This document shows, one piece after another, positions 58,801-64,000 of a DNA stretch of 64,000 nt. Numbering within the stretch: the first letter of the stretch is position 1; the number at the start of each line of letters is the position of its first letter. The stretch is from Poseidonia sp. (GTDB lineage Archaea > Thermoplasmatota > Poseidoniia > Poseidoniales > Poseidoniaceae), in assembly GCA_040261535.1 (NCBI GenBank), contig JBDQNU010000002.1, forward strand, positions 56,661 through 120,660. Reading direction: 5' to 3'. The notes beneath the pieces are model-generated. The model had not been told where the DNA came from and did not search any database. It saw only the letters and a list, made by a program, of their open reading frames with translations. The position numbers and the translations under genes are program-made.

Positions 58801-61659
58801 TCCGGTCAAGTTCCAACTCAAGGTGGCATCCGGAAGCGAGCGTTGATGGTTGGGGTCAAGGACGAATTTTTGCGAAGTGAACATGAAGGGCATGGATTCG
58901 CACAATGCGTCCTCTCCGCTGCCCATGCACATGGTCAGCGTGGATTCTGTCGAGGACCCGTAGGTTGCCGATGACGGCGTGGGGAGATGAGCGACGAGTT
59001 CCTTGGATTCACCGGGGGCTAGCGTGATGCTGAAGAGTTGAGTTCCCTCCAGCGTGTGGATGGAAGGCGAGCCTCCCCATGAAGGGGCTGACCAGGTGAT
59101 CGTCGTGGTGGTCTCCTCCGCATTTCCAAGATTTTCGACCATGAACCAGGCCTTTGCCGTGTAACCGGGACGACCAACCCCGTTTGATTCGTTGAGCCCT
59201 TGGGGACCGGTCAAATCCAATCCGCGAGTTCTCAAAACCTCAATCGGTAATTCAAGGCTTACGTTGATGCTCGGGTCGGCATCCAAACTCAAGAGCAACG
59301 AGACCACGCCCGAGGCATCGCCAAGTGCACTGGCGGGGACGTTGGCCTCGAAGGAAAGAATCTGGGGAGTCTGGGGAACGAGTTCCATCGCAAGCGATTG
59401 GCCCACAACAGGGGCGAAGGTCCAGTCTCCCGGTAGGTTTTGAGTGTCGTAGGTAAGGGTCCATTCCGCCGTTCTTGAACCGGTTGACGTGAGCATGATG
59501 TCGACGATTTCTTGGTCCCCGGGAAGAATTCGAGGAGGATCAAGCGGGCCAGAGAGTTCTGCGACGTACGGTTCAACCACCAGGTATTCAGCAAAAGCCC
59601 GGTTGTTGTCCTCCCGTTGTTCCGTGATGTTTTGATTGACGTCAAGAACCAACTCAAAGGTATGAAGTCCGAGTTGGGCCGTAAAATCAGCGGTGAAGGT
59701 CATGGGTCCACCCTCGCCGCTCGGTGCAACCGGTTGGCTGGACGTAAATCGCTCTCTGCGGAGTTCAACACCGTTCATCACAATGGCTGCATCCACGTCG
59801 TCATCCGCTTCGGCAGTGCCCATGTTTGAGAATTGAGCGGTCACCGTTACGGTCTGGCCAGGATCGGCCTGTGCCGGGTTAAAGGACAGGCCTCGGTTGT
59901 CGAGTGTCGGTACAAGGTCGACCCCTCTGTCGGAAATGAGGGTGTCGCCAAACAGTACGTCAAGGTGGCCGTCCCCGTCTACATCTGCTAGCGCTGGCGC
60001 CGTCCAAACTCGGTGAGGCATGGTCAACGGGGTCGACCACTCGTTGTTGATGTCGGCTGAAGCACCCGTATCGCCGTCAAAGGCCCAAAATCGTCGACCA
60101 AATCCAATCAGGATCTCGGGCGTCCCTTCGCCGTCTATGTCGAGCCAGAAGGGGGGCGAGGCTGCGATTTCGTCGTTGTCCGTTCCGCTGCCCCGTTCAA
60201 GGTCACGGACCCATTCGTTGACCGCATTTTCATCGCTGATGTCGGTGCAACCAAGCATGCCCTTTCGGCTGGTGGTCACGCTTGAGTCGGAGTACCAGGT
60301 GGCCCAACACAATCGGTCGGAAATGCCGTCGTCATCCGTGTCCATGGGCGTGGGTTGGGTGTCAGCATATCCGTTCGGTGCTCGAAAATTGAACACCTCG
60401 GTTGCTGAAGCGATGTCCATGCCGATGAAACGGGCGCCGGTGCCTGAGGTTCGTCCGTTGGCGTCCGTGGGGACCGTCAGCACCATTTCGGGTGCTGCAT
60501 CGCTGTCCAATTGCGTGATGACCGGGCCGGGGAGCCGAAGACGAGGTGCATCCGAATCGGAGTCCGTTCCCGGTACGGCAACACGCTCCCAATCAAGAGA
60601 ACCGGAGGCTCCGTCTATTTTCCAAATCCACATGTTCCCTGAATTGGAGTCGATCGTGGTGAGTAAAACTGAGGTTGTGGTGCTGTCCAGTTTTGCCCAA
60701 ACAGGATCCGAGGGATGCGTGCCTCGGTCGAGGTTCACACTCCAGTCTGAGGCGCTGGGTTGCGTTGTGGTCAAGGTGTAGGACTGAACGTATACTGAGG
60801 GGTTGTTTTCCGGGTCATCGACCACGGCGACCACCAATTCCGGGGTGCCGTCCAACTCAAGATCGGCCAACAGCGGTTGAGTCACGGCATCGTGATCTGA
60901 ATTGGCGGTCCAAATGTGGGGGGATGGCGAGCCAATCCGTACATCAGCATCGCTGTACGACCACATCAATTCGTTGCTGTGCCCGGAAATTTGCCAGTTG
61001 GATTCGGTGCAGGTGAGGCGAGGCGACCAAACGTCGATGTTCAAGGCGCTGGCCGTGTCATACACGACGATAATTTCAGGGGGACCATCACCGTCAATAT
61101 CGTGAATCATGGGCGTGGAGCGAATCGCCTCGGTGTTTCCAAGCGATGTTCGCCAAGCAATTTTGGCGTCGTTGCCCGAAACGATGTTTAGGTAACTTTC
61201 TCGGTTTCCGTCGGTGATTTCGCTTGAGATCATTACCGGAAACAACATGCCCTCTCCACAGCGTTCTCGTGCAGCCTCGGGGAAGGATACACTCGCAGAG
61301 AAGTCACCGATCACCGACCCGTAGGCGTCGCTTCCCTCACCGGTTTCAAAGACCTGCCAGTTCACCACAGGATGTTCCAGCGTCATGAGTTCCGTGATAT
61401 CGCTGACGTTGCCTTGACCCGGGCCACCGTCCGGTCCGTGCGAAGGAGCGGTTTGGTTGTGCGTGGGTGTTTTTCCGTATTGTCCCCAAGGTTGGTCTTC
61501 TCCGCTCCAGTCACTAGCTCCCGAAACCTGTTGGTTGCTCGTGGCTGAAGGCAATTTATCTCCTGCATTGAGCGGCGAGAAAAGAACCGTCAACAGCAAG
61601 AACACCGCAACCCCGGAAAAGTACCGTTGTCCCATTGTGGCGCCGGAGCTCGCTGACAT
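55882..61659 (-). CDS. Giant type I membrane surface protein (1925 aa): FG-GAP/VCBS propeller-like N-terminal region plus many CARDB-like Ig modules
   Basis: Signal FSGVAVFLLLTVLFSPLNAGD. FG-GAP-type Ca loops: HDIDGDGPPEIIVV, ADLELDGTPELVVAV, LDIDGEGTPEILIG, ADVDGDGHLDVLFG. x-N-x-G-N modules: VENLGNAEET, VKNLGNAIDD, IHNLGNDIAM. C-terminal TM VLGIAAVLFSAAWFGGLI plus an acidic tail. Confidence 0.85.
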   Translation of the reverse strand: MSASSGATMGQRYFSGVAVFLLLTVLFSPLNAGDKLPSATSNQQVSGASDWSGEDQPWGQYGKTPTHNQTAPSHGPDGGPGQGNVSDITELMTLEHPVVNWQVFETGEGSDAYGSVIGDFSASVSFPEAARERCGEGMLFPVMISSEITDGNRESYLNIVSGNDAKIAWRTSLGNTEAIRSTPMIHDIDGDGPPEIIVVYDTASALNIDVWSPRLTCTESNWQISGHSNELMWSYSDADVRIGSPSPHIWTANSDHDAVTQPLLADLELDGTPELVVAVVDDPENNPSVYVQSYTLTTTQPSASDWSVNLDRGTHPSDPVWAKLDSTTTSVLLTTIDSNSGNMWIWKIDGASGSLDWERVAVPGTDSDSDAPRLRLPGPVITQLDSDAAPEMVLTVPTDANGRTSGTGARFIGMDIASATEVFNFRAPNGYADTQPTPMDTDDDGISDRLCWATWYSDSSVTTSRKGMLGCTDISDENAVNEWVRDLERGSGTDNDEIAASPPFWLDIDGEGTPEILIGFGRRFWAFDGDTGASADINNEWSTPLTMPHRVWTAPALADVDGDGHLDVLFGDTLISDRGVDLVPTLDNRGLSFNPAQADPGQTVTVTAQFSNMGTAEADDDVDAAIVMNGVELRRERFTSSQPVAPSGEGGPMTFTADFTAQLGLHTFELVLDVNQNITEQREDNNRAFAEYLVVEPYVAELSGPLDPPRILPGDQEIVDIMLTSTGSRTAEWTLTYDTQNLPGDWTFAPVVGQSLAMELVPQTPQILSFEANVPASALGDASGVVSLLLSLDADPSINVSLELPIEVLRTRGLDLTGPQGLNESNGVGRPGYTAKAWFMVENLGNAEETTTTITWSAPSWGGSPSIHTLEGTQLFSITLAPGESKELVAHLPTPSSATYGSSTESTLTMCMGSGEDALCESMPFMFTSQKFVLDPNHQRSLPDATLSWNLTGTLPTNGIVQWNMAEMGLLETGWTWSTSGDWSTNGTYLEAQGSPGQSVTGELELVLPVNAIPKRHAFHGVDLADAEAVFNGSLHILQIYRANLSLIEPAIENPEDIVSLNVTESHRFLLFLSNPGNGQVVFVLDATVSSSETDFSGEVGFTFYDPVKTLGPLSTGIGTVDIVLSEDVPAQVPFEITFTWTSQGGNGAVFDAVSVNLQAAPSHEWEVTSLNGTNHQTVPGEVLNLSLEVKNLGNAIDDVTLVPQIEVQAFGNDTAQWPSQSVASTSLAVNASQVVWFLLDVPTNAWAGSQAEVTLLHMTSGYVVGETTLIIEVLPVSSWRLNLTGADLEIEPTGENLTLQLVHTGNAYETAFFAKAGAGWNITLPDAIEGVAPYSTVMFTVFVEPPANAVAGEIGVLRIRVTGNDTSGSIEEEVPVRVGAQPNIIVDHRSAWTVNEQGGYPTAWIHNLGNDIAMISVDVDGLPEGWSTQQGTQMILAPGDISGLPLQLIPATGWNGQRFLVTLNVHHPILGTVAHNIEVAYGSISWAQTPVRDAYVGTHQSVEFHLGDGDSPSVNSGLTLQVEGNAVNFNQPSTTGEYEVVFSSESTSTNLSLYAVARTYPESTITCAFLPGVFDNLGQVPISGTVAQCDLAADDAEVLRAALTVITSRGERVPLQTEIWTVNTGGRETVNLTVLDWTPEPGMFGIVLTGHDQYGRELVNLDTDVTSRAANWNIGINSLTADGDITVGIQRTGYSVLEQAVCELYVEASGGWSTTYVVDIAYAEFAPVISIENPNSIEKDERVTATVSCSVPFDIDDDPDDDTKSAFYKSEGLLSVTSNEVGWVLGIAAVLFSAAWFGGLIRQPAPRNQLRKTPDRRPKPAQKESGKAEEETEKDVDPSNPETEPESDDIQFQVEEPVEETPPGTEEVQLNALPMVEVIEETQPDAPATASGRLASLREEMGEQGDEQPEGPIEDRMRDFFGDR

Positions 61660-61925
61660 TGTGGATGACCGCCTTCGGGGGGTTGTTATGGATTATGGCG
61701 ATGCCGTGGTCTTAAACCCCTTTTGTTGCTTGCTTCAACGGTCGCCAACCGTTGGCCGCGAAGCGATTTCCGAGGGTGGCTTAATCCGTTTCAATTAAAT
61801 AGGGGTCGTCGGTGGAAGGAATGACTTCGGTCGCTTTCTCTCCTGAGGTAACCCGGTGAAGGACGGAACCGCTTCATAGCATCCGTGTTTCACCTTACCC
61901 CTTGAGAGGTTGAAGAGGTGAAAAA

Positions 61926-62486
61926 ATGTACAAGGTCGTAACCAAGGAAGACACCATCCGAATCCCTGCAGAATACATGCGGAAAGGACAGTCGCTCGAC
62001 CAACACATCGATCGTCTTTCGATGGATGCATTTGAGGGCAAGTTTGACTCGGAAAACCGCTTTGTCTTGGTGACGAACAATCACAAAACCATCGGCCGTG
62101 GACGCATCATTCACGGCGACGGTGCCATCTACCAGAAGGTTCAGTTCGACGCTGTTTTGTTCTGCATGGACGACCAAGAGGTTGTTGAAGGGGCCGTCTC
62201 GGAAGTCAACGAATTCGGGGCTTTTGTCCGAATTGGTCCCATGGAAGCTCTGCTGCACAAATCGCAAATCATGGACGAACCTGTCGACATCAACATCGGC
62301 GCGAACAAAATCACCGGCCGACAAACCGGACGTGAACTCGCCATCGGTTCTTTCGTACGAGCACGCATCGTTTCCCTCTCACCCGACACCTCCGACCCTC
62401 GCCGCTCAAAAATCGGTTTGACCAGCAAGCAGGAAGGTCTCGGTTCACCCTCGTGGGCCGGTGCAAAAGAAGACGGAGGCGAGTGA
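61926..62486 (+). CDS. rpoE1: DNA-directed RNA polymerase subunit E' (Rpo7)
   Basis: MYKVVTKEDTIRIPAEYM... followed by an S1-like domain. GAGGTGA lies 6 nt upstream of the ATG. Confidence 0.9.
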   Translation: MYKVVTKEDTIRIPAEYMRKGQSLDQHIDRLSMDAFEGKFDSENRFVLVTNNHKTIGRGRIIHGDGAIYQKVQFDAVLFCMDDQEVVEGAVSEVNEFGAFVRIGPMEALLHKSQIMDEPVDINIGANKITGRQTGRELAIGSFVRARIVSLSPDTSDPRRSKIGLTSKQEGLGSPSWAGAKEDGGE

Positions 62487-62487
62487 A

Positions 62488-62691
62488 ATGGTCAAGGTTC
62501 CGTTCGCCTGCGGGGAGTGTCACCTCGTTCTGGGAGACGATGTCGACCAGTGCCCACGTCACCCTTCCGCTCAGGTCTCCTCCGATTGGACCGGTTACGT
62601 CATTATCATGCAACCTGAACGCTCTGAAATCGCAAAGCGCCTTCAGACCGATCAACCCGGCCGTTACGCCTTGAAAGTCAACATCCGATGA
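62488..62691 (+). CDS. spt4: Transcription elongation factor Spt4 (RpoE'')
   Basis: MVKVPFACGECHLVLGDDVDQCPRHPS...DWTGYVIIMQPERSEIAKRL...GRYALKV. The ATG is 1 nt after the rpoE1 stop. Confidence 0.8.
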   Translation: MVKVPFACGECHLVLGDDVDQCPRHPSAQVSSDWTGYVIIMQPERSEIAKRLQTDQPGRYALKVNIR

Positions 62692-62701
62692 GGTGAATCA
62701 C

Positions 62702-63040
62702 ATGGAAATCAAAGACCGAAAAGAAAACAAAGTGCTGAACAGGGTTGAAATCTCGTTCAGTTGGAAGCATGACAAGAAAGCCACGCCCTCCCGCAAGGAA
62801 GTCATGGATTTGGTCCGAACGCTTGAGCCAGGTTCAGACCCGGACTTGATCGTTGTCAAAGACTGCGTGACGCGATTCGGCCAGCCCTTGACGACCGGTT
62901 TGGCCTACATCTACGAATCGGCTGACGCCATGTCGGTCGAGCCTGAATACATCTACAAGCGTCACGAACCCTTCCGCAGTGCAAAGCCTGCAGAAGAGGG
63001 CGACAGCGCTGAGAAAGCAACCGAAGGAGGCGATGAATGA
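62702..63040 (+). CDS. rps24e: Ribosomal protein eS24 (S24e)
   Basis: [38 protein letters not shown] (track start is GTG 62693). Confidence 0.9.
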   Translation: MEIKDRKENKVLNRVEISFSWKHDKKATPSRKEVMDLVRTLEPGSDPDLIVVKDCVTRFGQPLTTGLAYIYESADAMSVEPEYIYKRHEPFRSAKPAEEGDSAEKATEGGDE

Positions 63041-63207
63041 TGGGAGACGGTCCAAACGCCAAAGCCAAGTGGTCAAAGTACAAAGTGGAAGACGGAAAAC
63101 TCATCCGCGCTGAAAATTGCCCGAACTGCGGTCCGGGTGTTTTCCTTGCACATCACAACAACCGCAAGTCATGCGGTCGTTGCGGTTTCACGTCGATGAA
63201 CGAGTGA
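63040..63207 (+). CDS. rps27ae: Ribosomal protein eS31 (S27ae), 55 aa; not in the supplied ORF track
   Basis: My translation from ATG 63040, which overlaps the S24e TGA by 1 nt: [55 protein letters not shown]. CPxCG...CGxCG zinc ribbon, in the canonical position after S24e. Confidence 0.85.
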   Translation: MGDGPNAKAKWSKYKVEDGKLIRAENCPNCGPGVFLAHHNNRKSCGRCGFTSMNE

Positions 63208-63240
63208 TCAACCTTGGTTTACGGATGTGCGCAGCGGCGC

Positions 63241-63972
63241 TCAAAATTGGCTGTTTGCCCATGTTCCATCGTTGAACAGCACGAGCGGGCGCTCTCCATT
63301 CAGATGAATGTGGATTGGAATTTCTCGCGTTGGTTTTCGGTCGGACACGGTTGCCCCCAGAACCACTTCCTCTCGCCATCCGGCAATTCTCCAGCCCGGA
63401 AGTTGGTCGTCCCACGCAGCATGTTGAATTGGACCGCTTAGAAGGACGCGTTGGTGAACGTTCCCTGCCTGCAGCCAATACACTTCGCCATGAGCGGTGG
63501 CGACCAGTTCATGGGTCCCATGACGGTAATGGTGCTCAACGGGCCCTTCCACACCCTCGAGAACATACTCCTCCAGGAGTTGGCCCGAATCGGTCGACCG
63601 TCGCTGGACATGTCCTCCTCTTGAAACGATGATGAAATCCTTCTCAAGCTGGTGAAGAGCGACGGTTTCTTCGTTGCGTGGCCTACGTTTCGAATACTGC
63701 CATGTCGGGCTCGGCATTCGCCACCGCTCCTCTGCGTTGGTCGAGATGCTGTAAAGACCCCGTCGGTACAATTCAAAGACCAGCACGTCCCCTTTCCCCG
63801 CCAGTGCCAACGGCTCAGCATCAAGCGAATGCGACCACCGATTGCCCGCTGGATGGTGGTTTTTCGGCGTGTTGATCGCTGTTCGCAAATTGGCTCGAGT
63901 GGTTCCGTTTTCTTGCGATCCCAAGGGAAGCGACCCCATGAAGGCGAGGAGCAGTTCTCGGTCCAGCCACAT
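63241..63972 (-). CDS. Hypothetical protein, possibly beta-propeller-like; the 5' end may lie beyond the window
   Basis: 243-aa ORF from ATG 63972, but the frame remains open upstream to position 64000 (...TVTDGALHA-MWLDRE). Repetitive beta-strand-like segments. Confidence 0.45.
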   Translation of the reverse strand: MWLDRELLLAFMGSLPLGSQENGTTRANLRTAINTPKNHHPAGNRWSHSLDAEPLALAGKGDVLVFELYRRGLYSISTNAEERWRMPSPTWQYSKRRPRNEETVALHQLEKDFIIVSRGGHVQRRSTDSGQLLEEYVLEGVEGPVEHHYRHGTHELVATAHGEVYWLQAGNVHQRVLLSGPIQHAAWDDQLPGWRIAGWREEVVLGATVSDRKPTREIPIHIHLNGERPLVLFNDGTWANSQF

Positions 63973-64000
63973 CGCATGGAGCGCACCGTCCGTGACCGTT

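Noticed and set aside
61800-61900. Possible tRNA or small RNA in the rpoE1 upstream region
   Set aside because: No T-loop (GTTCRANYC) or cloverleaf could be drawn. It is treated only as a leader hairpin.

Overview
Compact, GC-rich archaeal chromosomal segment with almost no intergenic DNA. Informational genes are archaeal-type: aIF6, RpoE'/Rpo7, Spt4, S24e, S27ae, S15, RNase P Rpp21, archaeal PheT, GluRS, type II GAPDH and ArcS. DnaJ and Adk are bacterial-type. A 23S-5S rRNA unit has no 16S gene upstream. From memory this combination suggests a Thermoplasmatota / Marine Group II (Poseidoniales)-like genome; that is an inference and was not verified. Housekeeping genes are interleaved with a very heavy load of secreted or anchored surface proteins. 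Four CDS are over 1650 aa: 3372-9122, 9185-14632, 40347-45332 and 55882-61659. Together they cover 21963 bp, about 34% of the window. Three further CDS of 670-810 aa bring this to about 45%. Most of these proteins share one layout: Sec signal, large ectodomain, single C-terminal TM helix and a 100-190 aa cytoplasmic tail. The most interesting observations are: (1) a near-identical extreme C-terminal tag, PPxPPTGLPxGWTxxQWxxYG, on the cytoplasmic tails of two otherwise unrelated giants; (2) a four-gene surface module of a TSP3-repeat giant, an anchored giant, a small helical protein and a metzincin-like lipoprotein; (3) tandem class-III-signal (pilin-like) genes behind an MBL hydrolase; (4) a roughly 50-bp processing helix flanking the 16S-less 23S, with a structured leader; (5) a possible catalytically dead RecJ/DHH-like gene after rps15; (6) a Pcp-Nudix fusion. 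I recognised no CRISPR array, transposase, integrase, prophage or tRNA. Many long antisense or alternate-frame ORFs in the supplied track are GC-driven artefacts. All family assignments come from motifs read by eye; no searches were run.
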